DNA from: an uncultured delta proteobacterium | Lineage (GTDB): Bacteria; Desulfobacterota; Binatia; UBA9968 | Direction: 5' to 3' | DNA length: 64,000 nucleotides | Assembly (NCBI GenBank): GCA_963727625.1 | Contig: CAVSHR010000006.1 | Span: 1-64,000, forward strand | The notes under the pieces: generated by a model | Database searches by the model: none | The model's input: only the letters and a program-made list of their open reading frames with translations | Told to the model about the DNA's origin: nothing | Program-made: the position numbers and the translations under genes | Shown here: positions 39,820 to 51,660 of the stretch, one piece after another | Layout: each line of letters opens with the position of its first letter | Numbering within the stretch: position 1 is the stretch's first letter

Positions 39820-40765
39820 GGCTCCCTCTTAAATGCTGCGGCAGGCCGGCGCCCGCGGCCAACTGGCTGCGCCGCTTGCGCAGGTCGGCGAAGCGCAGAA
39901 TCGCATTCACCAAATCGTCGTTGGTCGATAACTCCAGCGCGTCCACGCCGGCCTGGGCAAAGGCCGAGCGCAGCTCCTTCTCTCGCTCCTCGGCCAGAGC
40001 GGCGAAGCGCTTGCGGAAGTTACGGTCATGGGTGTCGACGAACAACTGCTCGCCGGTCTCGGCGTCGCGCATCGTGATCAGTCCGAGATCGGGCAACTCC
40101 ATTTCCAATGGATCGTAGAGCCGCACGGCGATGATCTCGTGGCGGCGCGCGAGATACGCCAGCGGCTTGGCCCAGCCGGGCGCGCTGATGAAATCGGAGA
40201 CGACGAAAACGAGCGAGCGCCGTTGCATGACCCGGAGGGCGGTTTGGAGAAAATCTCTCAGGTTGGTCTCTGCCGAGCGCGCGGGCTCGGGGCGCGAGAG
40301 TATTCTGTGCAGAATATGCAGGACGTGGCGCCGGCCGCTCCGCGCCGGAATCATCGTGTCGACGCTGTCGCCGTAGAACAGCGCGCCGACGCGATTGCCG
40401 TGACGAGTCAGGAGCCGCGCCAACAGGGTGACGAATTCCGTCGAGACCGAACGCTTTTCGACTTGCGATCCGAACTCCACCGAAGGGCTCAAGTCGAGCA
40501 GGAACCACGCCGTCACTTCGCGGTCTTCGTTGTAGACGCGGATATAGGGCGTCTGCAGCCGCGCGGTGACGTTCCAATCGATGTAGCGGACATCGTCGTG
40601 ATATTGGTACTCGCGCAGGTCCGCGAGATCGAGCCCGAAACCGCGAAATAAAGTCCGGTAGTCGCCGTGCAGCAGGCCGTCCAGGCGCCGTATCACGGTC
40701 CACTCCAGGCGGCGCAGGATGCTTTCGGCGCCGGAGGCAGGAACGGGTTGTTGGACGGGACTCAT
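39800..40765 (-). CDS. DUF58 domain protein
   Basis: LREYQYHDDVRYIDWNVTAR, VVSDF. Confidence 0.92.
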   Translation of the reverse strand: MSPVQQPVPASGAESILRRLEWTVIRRLDGLLHGDYRTLFRGFGLDLADLREYQYHDDVRYIDWNVTARLQTPYIRVYNEDREVTAWFLLDLSPSVEFGSQVEKRSVSTEFVTLLARLLTRHGNRVGALFYGDSVDTMIPARSGRRHVLHILHRILSRPEPARSAETNLRDFLQTALRVMQRRSLVFVVSDFISAPGWAKPLAYLARRHEIIAVRLYDPLEMELPDLGLITMRDAETGEQLFVDTHDRNFRKRFAALAEEREKELRSAFAQAGVDALELSTNDDLVNAILRFADLRKRRSQLAAGAGLPQHLRGSHEISLA

Positions 40766-40875
40766 AGATCGCTTGCTCTGAGCATGACGAAATCGTTCAA
40801 GCCGTCGTTTCGCTCGATTTCGTGTTCGTGGCGCGTGTTCGTGCTCGGGACGAATTCACAATCACGATTCACACG

Positions 40876-40899
40876 GTAGGGGCGCCCGGTCGGCCCTAC
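40876..40899. repeat. GTAG-type REP-like palindrome
   Basis: GTAGGGGCGCCCGGTCGGCCCTAC overlapping the moxR stop; preceded by TCGTG/CACGA short repeats. Confidence 0.45.
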
Positions 40900-41909
40900 G
40901 AACTTGCCGCGACTTTGACATGGGTCTCCAACGGTTTATCGGGCGCCGGGATACGCTGCATGATCCGGCCGATCAAATGATCGGGCGTGATGCCTTCGGC
41001 GAGGGCTTCATAGGTGAGCACCAGCCGGTGACGAAAGACATCCGGCACTAAATCTATTACATCCTCGGGCAAGACATAAGTTCGTCCGCGCAGGAACGCC
41101 AACGCGCGCGCGCCTTCGATGAGATTGATCGAGGCGCGCGGGCTGGCGCCAAAGGACAGGTATTTCGCCACATCGGCGACACCGAAGCGCTCCGGATCGC
41201 GGGTCGCGGTGGCAAGCCGCACGGCATATTGCTTGAGCGCCGGATCGACGTAGCCGTTCCGGCACTCTAGCTGGAGCGATTTCAACTGCTCGGTGCTGGC
41301 CATGGGCACGACGTCGTTCGGCGCTCCCGTGACGCGGTCGACGATGACGAACTCCTCTTCTTCGGTCGGATAGCCGACCAGCACTTTCATCATGAAGCGG
41401 TCCACTTGGGCCTCTGGCAACGGGTAGGTCCCTTCGGTCTCGATCGGGTTCTGCGTCGCCATGACTAAAAACGGCTCGGGCACATGGTGGCTCTCGCCGG
41501 CGATGGTTACCTGGCGCTCCTGCATCACCTCGAGCAGCGCGCTTTGCACTTTCGCCGGCGCGCGGTTGATCTCGTCGGCGAGCAGCAGATTGGTGAAAAC
41601 CGGTCCCAATGAAGTGGCGAAGTCGCCGGTCTTCTGATTGTAGATGCGCGTGCCCACCAGATCCGCCGGCACCAAATCCGGCGTGAATTGAATACGCTTG
41701 AACGAGCCGGTAATCGTCCGCGCCAGCGTCTTGACCGTAAGCGTCTTGGCAAGCCCCGGAACGCCCTCGACCAGCAGGTGTCCCTGCGCCAGCACGGCCA
41801 CGAGCACGCGCTCGAGAAAATGATCCTGGCCGACGATGACTTTCTTCACCTCGTAGAGAATGCGCTCCATGAGGGAAGCGACTTCACTGGGGTTGGTGTC
41901 TCTGTCCAT
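40896..41909 (-). CDS. moxR: MoxR family AAA+ ATPase
   Basis: [37 protein letters not shown]. Confidence 0.93.
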   Translation of the reverse strand: MDRDTNPSEVASLMERILYEVKKVIVGQDHFLERVLVAVLAQGHLLVEGVPGLAKTLTVKTLARTITGSFKRIQFTPDLVPADLVGTRIYNQKTGDFATSLGPVFTNLLLADEINRAPAKVQSALLEVMQERQVTIAGESHHVPEPFLVMATQNPIETEGTYPLPEAQVDRFMMKVLVGYPTEEEEFVIVDRVTGAPNDVVPMASTEQLKSLQLECRNGYVDPALKQYAVRLATATRDPERFGVADVAKYLSFGASPRASINLIEGARALAFLRGRTYVLPEDVIDLVPDVFRHRLVLTYEALAEGITPDHLIGRIMQRIPAPDKPLETHVKVAASS

Positions 41910-42059
41910 ATCTCGCTCTATTCTATCATTAGACTGCCGAGAGATCTCTTTCGGCATTGTTCAACCAAGCTCGGGACGAGCGGAAGGGTCCTGCAAATGG
42001 TCTGGACCTCTCCGTTCATGCCGAGCACGTTGAAGCAGGCTCCGTTGCCGCGGCTCCTG

Positions 42060-43004
42060 CTAGAACGGCGGCATGCCCGCAGCCGCGGCGGCGTTTTCAA
42101 TCGGCACCGCGAAGCCGATGCCGACGAAGACACGTTGCTCCGTCGGATTCAAAATAGCCGTTACGACGCCGATGACCTCGCCCTGGCTGTTCACCAGCGG
42201 ACCGCCCGAACTGCCGGGGTTCGCGGCGGCGTCGAACTGGATGAGATTGGTCAACACGCGCTTACCTTGCGGCGAGCGAAAGTCGCGGCGCAGGCCGGAC
42301 ACGACTCCCGCCGTCGCCGACGGGCCGATGCCGAACGGAAAGCCGACGGCGATAACTTGATCACCGGGCTTTAGATCGGCGGTGGAACGCATGGTCGCCG
42401 CGACCAGGTCATCGGGAATCTTGTGCGCCTGCAGCACCGCTAAATCATGCTCCGGCCGCACCCCGGTGACCGTCGCGTCGGATTCGAGGCCGTCAGCGAA
42501 GACAACTCGCACGCGTTTGGCGCCGAGGACGACATGGAGATTGGTCAAGATGATACCCTTGTCGACGATGACGACGCCGCTGCCGACGCCATTTTCGATC
42601 TCCTTGCCGCCGGCTTTGCCCGGTTCCAGGCGCCGCACCCGAACCACCGAAGGTCGAATGGCCTCGTACGCCTTGGCCGTCGGCGCGGGCAGAGCGTTGG
42701 TTTCGAGGGTGTGGAGTACTGCCGCGTTGATATCTTCCTGGGTGAGCTGGCGCGGCGCGGGCATGATCCAGGCGTGAGTCAACACGACGAGCAGCGCGAG
42801 TAGCACTGCGGCGCCGACCCAGAGCGCGCGGTCATAACGAGCGCAGAGGGTTCGCCAGCGCGAACGCAGTGGTTGACGCGGCACCTGCGCGGGATACGTG
42901 TTCTGGGCCTGACGGAACTCTGCTGTTTTCTGTGGCTGGCCGGCGGGGGCTGTCCCGCGGGGTGTAGACGAGCGGCTGGAGCTATAGAGCGGCGCCTTTT
43001 TCAT
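42060..43004 (-). CDS. membrane-anchored trypsin-like serine protease (S1C, no PDZ)
   Basis: TNLHV, DLAVL, NPGSSGGPL. Confidence 0.9.
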   Translation of the reverse strand: MKKAPLYSSSRSSTPRGTAPAGQPQKTAEFRQAQNTYPAQVPRQPLRSRWRTLCARYDRALWVGAAVLLALLVVLTHAWIMPAPRQLTQEDINAAVLHTLETNALPAPTAKAYEAIRPSVVRVRRLEPGKAGGKEIENGVGSGVVIVDKGIILTNLHVVLGAKRVRVVFADGLESDATVTGVRPEHDLAVLQAHKIPDDLVAATMRSTADLKPGDQVIAVGFPFGIGPSATAGVVSGLRRDFRSPQGKRVLTNLIQFDAAANPGSSGGPLVNSQGEVIGVVTAILNPTEQRVFVGIGFAVPIENAAAAAGMPPF

Positions 43005-43526
43005 AGAAGGCCCATCCGGCTACCTCCCTTCGGCTCCCTGCCGAGGGAGGTCAAAATGATGATGTCTTCTTTCTATCCCACGTCCGGTCGAGTTGAAAGC
43101 CCCCTCAAGGCTAGGGTCGGGAACGTGGCTCGCTAGTGAAAAGCCTAAGCGAGGCACAAGGGTCATTCGTCCCGACTCTCTTTTCATTACCGGATCGTAA
43201 AATTTCGACTGCGATTGCGATCAATCGATTAGTCGGTGAAACCGCTTAGCGCCGGTAAAAATCTCCAGCGGGTGTCGAAGAGAAAAGGCACGAATCCGAG
43301 CGGCAGGCAAAAAACGCCTGGGCTGGCGTGACTCTATCAACGGCGCTGTCTTGTCTTTTTCTAGCGCAAAGGCGAAATCCATAACAAAGAAATGTTCGAT
43401 GCTGACAGCCCGCGCATCGAACATAGCTTCGACCGCTTCCGACCTGGTCAAAAGACCGCGGTGGTCGTCTGGGTGCGTCAAGATCCCTTTTGTTTGCCGT
43501 CCTGAATCGCTGATCGCAGCGCGTCT

Positions 43527-43808
43527 CTATCTGGGAATTTTGATCACCACGTCGCCGTGGATGCACGCCACGCAGGCGAGACGCTCATCCGAACCGGCTT
43601 TCATCATGTCCAACGTCAGTTCTTCGTTGTCGCTCTTCTCGCTCAGGTTCTGGCAGCCGTCGACGATCTTGACCCGGTCGGTGCCGCAAATCGCTTCAGT
43701 GCAATCATGGCGCAACTTCAAACCGTTGCGGACTGCGGCCACGAGAATGGTGGCGCCATCGTCGACTTCAAAACTAGCGCCGGAAGGCATGAAAGTAATT
43801 TTCGGCAT
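43527..43808 (-). CDS. 2Fe-2S ferredoxin-like protein
   Basis: CTEAICGTD...RLAC; third canonical Cys replaced by Asp. Confidence 0.85.
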   Translation of the reverse strand: MPKITFMPSGASFEVDDGATILVAAVRNGLKLRHDCTEAICGTDRVKIVDGCQNLSEKSDNEELTLDMMKAGSDERLACVACIHGDVVIKIPR

Positions 43809-43814
43809 ACAAGA

Positions 43815-44702
43815 CTACGCGGCCAGGCTTTTGATCCGATCGATGGCCTCATCGACCATCCACTCGGGAGTCTCGTTGGCGCCGATGACGGCAACTTTTT
43901 CTTTGCCGAGGAACCACCCGGGACGCAGATCGTCGAGTTTCTCGATCTTGTAGACGTTGGGATTAAATGCGCGGCCGACTTCGAGCATGCGGGTCGTCAT
44001 CCCTTCAGTCCAGCCGAACACGATCAGCACTTCGACCTGCTTGGCGAGCTTCTCCACTTCCGGAAGCCGCTGCAAGGAATCGATACATGCCGTGTTGCGC
44101 ACCCTCACGTTGGCGAAGCGCTCGAGAAGCCGCGCCATGATTTTTTTGTAGGTTTCGATCCAAAACGTGGTCTGGACGATCACCCCGATCGGTTCGAAAC
44201 GTGTGCGCCGAATCTTGTCCACATCGTCTTCGGTTTCGACGATGAAAACCTCGCGGCCTTTTTCCTTGGCGATCCCCTGAATGCGCGGAATGCCGTGGTG
44301 CGTCGGGCTGCTTAGCACCACCAGGTCGTAGCCTTGATCCAACAGTTCAAGCTCGGCTTCCTCCTGCTGAAGGACGAACGGGCAGGTGGCGTCGGCCAAA
44401 AGCTCAAGCCCTTGCGCGCGCGCCTGCCGGCGAATTTGCGGCGGCGCCCCGCGCACCCCGTAGATGAGCTTCTCGCCGCGAATCGACTCCATGTCGTTGG
44501 TCGAGCGAATGCCTTTTTCGCCAAGACCGTCTTTTTTGAAGGCCACGAAGTCGAGATCCGGTCTGAGCGACCAGACCGCCAAGCCGTCGCCGTACCGCTG
44601 TACCATCTTTTGATGAATCGCGCCGGCCCGGTGCACGCCGACGCACAAGCCGCTCGCCGGGATGCCCTTGGTCTCGCTAAAGTCGCCCTTGATCACTTCC
44701 AT
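43815..44702 (-). CDS. divergent IspH/LytB-like 4Fe-4S protein
   Basis: GLCVGV, DATCPFV, QTT, NTAC retained; substrate-binding motifs altered. Confidence 0.8.
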   Translation of the reverse strand: MEVIKGDFSETKGIPASGLCVGVHRAGAIHQKMVQRYGDGLAVWSLRPDLDFVAFKKDGLGEKGIRSTNDMESIRGEKLIYGVRGAPPQIRRQARAQGLELLADATCPFVLQQEEAELELLDQGYDLVVLSSPTHHGIPRIQGIAKEKGREVFIVETEDDVDKIRRTRFEPIGVIVQTTFWIETYKKIMARLLERFANVRVRNTACIDSLQRLPEVEKLAKQVEVLIVFGWTEGMTTRMLEVGRAFNPNVYKIEKLDDLRPGWFLGKEKVAVIGANETPEWMVDEAIDRIKSLAA

Positions 44703-44975
44703 ATTCCCCCCTTTTAAGCGAAACGATTCGACTGAAACGGTGGAAACATTTTCAGACCACGCTTACTGCCGACCGGTGCCTATGTCAAATTTACTTAAAG
44801 GAACGCCGCTGACCCCTTTCGGTGCCGTCACGATGCCGCTGCTGCGCCCGTACCAGCGCTGTTTTTATCACTTGACGCCAATCGTGAAGCGATCCTATCT
44901 TTCGTGTACACTCGATAGGATTTGCGCAATGCGGTTTTATAACGTTTTTTTCGACCCGCCAAACAAGGAGGCATT

Positions 44976-45437
44976 ATGGCCAAGCTAAGACATATCGCCG
45001 TGCATACGCCCGACCCAGAGAAGACCGCGAAGTTTTACAAGCGCGTGTTCGACCTGGTCGAAGTGGGACGCACCGATTCGCCCATCGCCAAGGGAATCTA
45101 TTTGAGCGACGGCACGATCAACTTGGCTGTGCTGCGCTTTAAGACGGTCGAGGCTGCCGACCGGCAAGACGGACTCGGACCGGTGTTCGGCTTGCACCAC
45201 TTCGGTTTTTGGGTCGACGATATGGAAGAGACGCGGCGCCGCCTGGAAGAGTCGGGCGCGGACTATCGCTTCGGTCGCCCCGAGGCGGCCACGACGACTT
45301 TCTTCGAGGAGAAATACAAGGGACCCGACGCGGTCATGATCGATATCACGACCCATGGCTGGATCGGCGCGCAAGCGCCGGCGAAAGACGCCGAGAAAGC
45401 GAGCGAGACTGAAACACCCGCGGTCTCTGCAAAATAG
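44976..45437 (+). CDS. VOC/glyoxalase family protein
   Basis: LRHIA, FYKRVF, LSDGTINLA, GLHHFGF, GPD. Confidence 0.88.
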   Translation: MAKLRHIAVHTPDPEKTAKFYKRVFDLVEVGRTDSPIAKGIYLSDGTINLAVLRFKTVEAADRQDGLGPVFGLHHFGFWVDDMEETRRRLEESGADYRFGRPEAATTTFFEEKYKGPDAVMIDITTHGWIGAQAPAKDAEKASETETPAVSAK

Positions 45438-45710
45438 AGAATTTTGCGGTGCGCACCGGAAGGTCGCAAGCTTAGACGATGGGCGCGCAAACTCAGCTTC
45501 GGTGATTGCGCCTTTCTATTGGTTGGCGAAACAGCCCAGACCCTTTTCAGGCTCCCGTTTGGGTTCGTTCGCCGCAGCGAAAGAAATCATGGTGTAATCG
45601 CCGGGCGGTGATCAAACGGAGCAAGAAGCTATTGGAGAAATGATCGAGTCGCACGGGGTCCCGGAAACGGCCAACCAAAGCAGCCGCGACTTAGCGGGCG
45701 GGGGGCGCTT

Positions 45711-45929
45711 TTACTGGTCCGGCGCCGGCATGCAAATCCACAAAATAATGTAGATCACCAGGCCGGTGCCGTAGAGAAGTACCAGAATAAGAAACAGCGC
45801 GCGCCAGAGCCAGGCCGGCACCGGCGTGTGCTCGCCGAAGCCGCCACAGACGCCGGCGATTTTTTTATCCGCCGCCGACTTTTTTAAATTGCGCAGACCC
45901 TGCCAAAAATCGCTTTGATTATTTTCCAT
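45711..45929 (-). CDS. pspC: PspC domain protein
   Basis: KKIAGVCGG, YIILWICMP. Confidence 0.88.
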   Translation of the reverse strand: MENNQSDFWQGLRNLKKSAADKKIAGVCGGFGEHTPVPAWLWRALFLILVLLYGTGLVIYIILWICMPAPDQ

Positions 45930-46256
45930 GATATTTCCTCGACCGCGCGCCGGATCGATTGCGTTTGAACAACTAAACAGTGAGTTGGAAATTTGCTCGA
46001 TGCCGGAACCGCTACTGTTTTCCTATTAGCTTGACGAAAAAGTAACTCTAAAGCCAGAGCGCGGCGGTGATTCATTTGTGATGAAGCCGCGAAATTCCCT
46101 GAGATCTGGGGCGTCGTGATCGGGTGTCTTTTCGCTTGACGGCGGGGGTCGCGCTGTCTAGTTTAGCTGAAATACGTTTGGATTATTGCCGCCTGGTAGA
46201 GCTCAACGCGGCCGTGCGATTCGGCTAAGATTACCGAATGAGTGAAAGGAGAGCCC

Positions 46257-46832
46257 ATGGCACTTTTACCGATCGGCGCAAAATTTCCCGAGATCGAGTT
46301 GAAAGATATCGATGGAGATTCGATCGCCTTTCCGGCGGCGTTCAAGAGCGCGCCGGCCTCGATCGTGTTTTTCTACCGCGGCCAGTGGTGACCATGGTGC
46401 CGGGCCCAGGTTGCGGCCTTTGTCTATGAGTACGGAAGGTATCAAGAGCACAGCGTGGCGATCGTCGGCATCAGTCCGCAAACGGCGGAGAACGGCCGGC
46501 AACTGCGCGAGCGGCTAATTCGCGACGCGCAAATCGATCAGGCGGCGCACAAGAATCACGACGCCTTCTGGCAAGACCCCAAGAGCGCGTTTCCGTTTCG
46601 CTTGATCGGCGATCCGGAAAATTCTCTGGGCCGACGGGTCGGTGCGGTACGCGAAGAACACTGGGCCGGGCCCATGGTCCATCCGACGACTTTTTTGGTT
46701 GACGCCGACGGCTTTGTCCGCTGGCGCTTCCAGTCGAAGATGGCGCAACGGCGGCCGAGCCCGATACTGCTCGCCAACATGGCGGGCGCGCTGGCGAAAA
46801 AGCTGCCTCTGCCGGTTTATATTGAAGTTTGA
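46257..46832 (+). CDS. peroxiredoxin-like (AhpC/TSA) selenoprotein with UxxC motif
   Basis: FYRGQW-TGA(46389)-PWC in frame with the downstream AhpC/TSA domain (VGISP, PTTFLVD); 191 aa by readthrough. Confidence 0.85.
46402..46419 (+). promoter_or_regulatory. putative bacterial SECIS hairpin
   Basis: GGGCC-CAGGTTGC-GGCCT starting 11 nt after the UGA; apical AGGU as in the fdhF SECIS. Confidence 0.6.
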
Positions 46833-46920
46833 TGACGCGATGCGATTCGACTGATCGCACTCCTTAGATCCCCCAAAAAATTTTAGCGCGCGGGAACAGG
46901 AAGCAGGAGCAAATTACACC

Positions 46921-47787
46921 ATGAGTAAAGTCGTCGTGACCGGTGGCAGCGGACGGTTGGGGCAATTCGTTATTCGCGAGCTGCTGGCCCATGGCAATGA
47001 GGTTTTGAGCCTCGACAAAGTTTCGCCCAGGGAAAAGTTATGTCCGAGTTGGATCGCCGATTTGCGCCACTCGGGAGATCTCTTCGAGGCTTTGAAAGAC
47101 GCTTTCGGAATCATTCATTTAGGCGCCTATCAAGCGCCCAATCTCGCGCCGGAGGCCGAGACGCTTTCCAATAACGTGAGCGCGACCTACAACGTTTTGC
47201 GCGCCGCCGCCGATATGGGAGTGAATAAAGTCGTGCTGGCGTCGAGCACGGCGGCCTTCGGCTTCATCTATGCGAAAAAACTTTGGGCGCCGGATTATCT
47301 GCCGCTCGACGAACGCCATCCCTCCAAGCCGCAGGACTGCTACGGCCTATCCAAAATACTGGGCGAGCGAATCGCCGATTCCATCGTCGCGGTCCACAAG
47401 GGTATGACCGTCAGCAGCCTGCGTTTTCCCGGCGTCAACTTCGATCTCTCCTATGAAAGCTTTCGCGAGCGCTGGCGCAACCCGGCGGCGCGGGCCAGCG
47501 GCTTTTGGACTTACATCGATGCGCGCGACGCGGCGACGGCTTGCCGCCTCGCGCTGGAGGCGAGATTCAGAGGCCACGAAATCTTCATCGCGTCGGCGCC
47601 TAAGAACTGCATGATTCAGGCGACATTGGAGCTGGTAAATAAATATCTGCCCCAGGGCGCCAAAGTTAAAAAATTTTCCGGCACGCAATGGAGCTGTGTC
47701 GATTCGAGCAAAGCGCGGCGCATGCTCGGGTTCAAGCCCGAGCATCTCTGGCAGAACTACCTCAAAGAAGGGCGCAAGATCCGCTGA
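46921..47787 (+). CDS. NAD-dependent epimerase/dehydratase
   Basis: TGGSGRLG, ASS, YGLSK. Confidence 0.9.
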   Translation: MSKVVVTGGSGRLGQFVIRELLAHGNEVLSLDKVSPREKLCPSWIADLRHSGDLFEALKDAFGIIHLGAYQAPNLAPEAETLSNNVSATYNVLRAAADMGVNKVVLASSTAAFGFIYAKKLWAPDYLPLDERHPSKPQDCYGLSKILGERIADSIVAVHKGMTVSSLRFPGVNFDLSYESFRERWRNPAARASGFWTYIDARDAATACRLALEARFRGHEIFIASAPKNCMIQATLELVNKYLPQGAKVKKFSGTQWSCVDSSKARRMLGFKPEHLWQNYLKEGRKIR

Positions 47788-47958
47788 TGCGACTCTGTCA
47801 GCGCGCTACGCCGGGATCTATTGCTTAAAGGAAAGAGCGATCGGGTCATCGGCTGGCAGGTCGGCGCGCCATCCGCGCCGAAAGGGCGCTGAGCAGCATT
47901 AGCGCCACTCGGCAAACGTCGATCGCGCCCTTGGCTGGCATAGGAAATTAGTTCGCTT

Positions 47959-48462
47959 CTACCAGTTAATTCCCTTCGGCGATTTCGCTCTGGCTTTTTT
48001 CGGGTTCGATTTCGCCGCGTGTTTTTGACAATCGGCGCACAGCCCTTCGAGGTGGATCGAATAATCTATGACCTCGAAGCCGATGCCGCCCAAACTCGGC
48101 AAAGCGATCTTGCTCAGGCTCGGATGATCGATATCCGCGACGCGGTTGCAGCTCCGGCAGACCAGGTGGTGGTGATGATCGGTGTTACCGTCGAACCTGG
48201 CCGAGGCCTCGAAGTGGTTGGTTCGGCGCGCCAATCCTAAATCGACCAGTGTCTCAAGAGCGCGATAGATCGTCGTGCGCGACACACCCGGCATGCGTTC
48301 TTTGACGTCCTCGTAAAGCTGGTCTACCGTCGGATGATCTTCGCGGCTGAGCAGCGCGTCGAGCACGACCCGTCTCTGCACGGTCACCGGCAGGCTGCGC
48401 TCGTGCGAGATCGCTTCGAGAAGCGCTAGTTTTCTTTGCTTTAAGTTTCGAGAGGTTTTCAC
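47959..48462 (-). CDS. Fur/PerR family transcriptional regulator
   Basis: HPT, TIYRAL, HHHLVCRSC, GLCADC. Confidence 0.92.
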   Translation of the reverse strand: MKTSRNLKQRKLALLEAISHERSLPVTVQRRVVLDALLSREDHPTVDQLYEDVKERMPGVSRTTIYRALETLVDLGLARRTNHFEASARFDGNTDHHHHLVCRSCNRVADIDHPSLSKIALPSLGGIGFEVIDYSIHLEGLCADCQKHAAKSNPKKARAKSPKGINW

Positions 48463-48480
48463 CCGGTCATTTTTCCTTGT

Positions 48481-48512
48481 GCGCGGGACGCGATTGAAGC
48501 CGCGTCCCGCGC
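48481..48512. other. perfect 12-bp GC hairpin between katG and the fur-like gene
   Basis: GCGCGGGACGCG-N8-CGCGTCCCGCGC; no T-tract on the coding strand. Confidence 0.7.
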
Positions 48513-48648
48513 TTCCAGGGATACTACTACGACACCTTTAAAATCGGCAAACCCAAGCCCTTGGCCACTTAACTTGTGGGGATTCCATCGCATCCTGATC
48601 ATCTATGCAGTTCAGAATACGCTTCGGAACCCCTCGCGGACGTTGTCG

Positions 48649-50866
<2,218 letters not shown>

Positions 50867-51110
50867 TTACTGCGTTGCTTTAGTTACCTATAATGCGTCG
50901 GTTCCCATCTTCGCAATTATCTTCATAAGATTTAAGTTAATGGCCCACATAATCGCCATCGCTCACATCAGTCATTAAACTATCAAGCACCGACGAGCTA
51001 TGACTCGATGTTGGCGCCGCCCCATTAACTGTCCGTGAAATCCGTAACAGCTCGCTTCTTGCTTTCTTGCCATCCGGATCTCTTTTTGGGTTTAGCGTGC
51101 TTAAGTTGAG

Positions 51111-51485
51111 TTAGGCCGCGGAACGTTTAACCGCGCTGCGGTCGGATGTTTCTTGGCGCAATCCCCGGCGCAGATAGTTGGGATCCAGACCGAGGAAGTC
51201 GCAGACATTGAGAAAAGAAAAAATCCACTGGCGATCGTCTTCAAAGACCCATTCCTCCGTTTCCCGGTAGAGGCGCCGTTCTTTCTCGGAGCGCGCCTTG
51301 CGATACTTTCGCAGGCACATCACTGCGTCCTCGAGCACCGCGAGCGCCAATTCAGCCTCCGGATCGAAAGGTGCCCGGCGCTTGAGGCCGTCGAAATACT
51401 GCGCCGCTGCGACGGCATCCGGTTGCGACAGGACGCGAATGTCGGCGCCGGTGCCCAGGCCGAAATCTTTGTTGGCAGCTTCCAT
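51111..51485 (-). CDS. conserved hypothetical protein
   Basis: LALAVLEDAV...W.F...FSFLNVCDFLGLDP.YLRRGL family motif. Confidence 0.75.
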   Translation of the reverse strand: MEAANKDFGLGTGADIRVLSQPDAVAAAQYFDGLKRRAPFDPEAELALAVLEDAVMCLRKYRKARSEKERRLYRETEEWVFEDDRQWIFSFLNVCDFLGLDPNYLRRGLRQETSDRSAVKRSAA

Positions 51486-51660
51486 AGGGTGCTCCTCCGA
51501 TCCGGTTTTATTTTACAATTGATAAATTATTGCAACTAATAACTATTGTCAAGACAGCTCGTCTGTTTTCGTTCTGCACAAGCGTGGCCGTCGATTGACA
51601 GCCGCGCCCGCGCTCCATTACTGTGAAGCCATTCTTTGCCGCGGAAGGGAGAACCGTTCG

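Noticed and set aside
43022-43051. Hairpin upstream of the protease gene as a riboswitch or terminator
   Set aside because: A single bulged stem with no T-tract or aptamer features; function unsupported.
50879-50894. PerR/Fur box upstream of katG
   Set aside because: AT-rich imperfect palindrome (TTATAGGTAACTAAA) with too weak a match to call.
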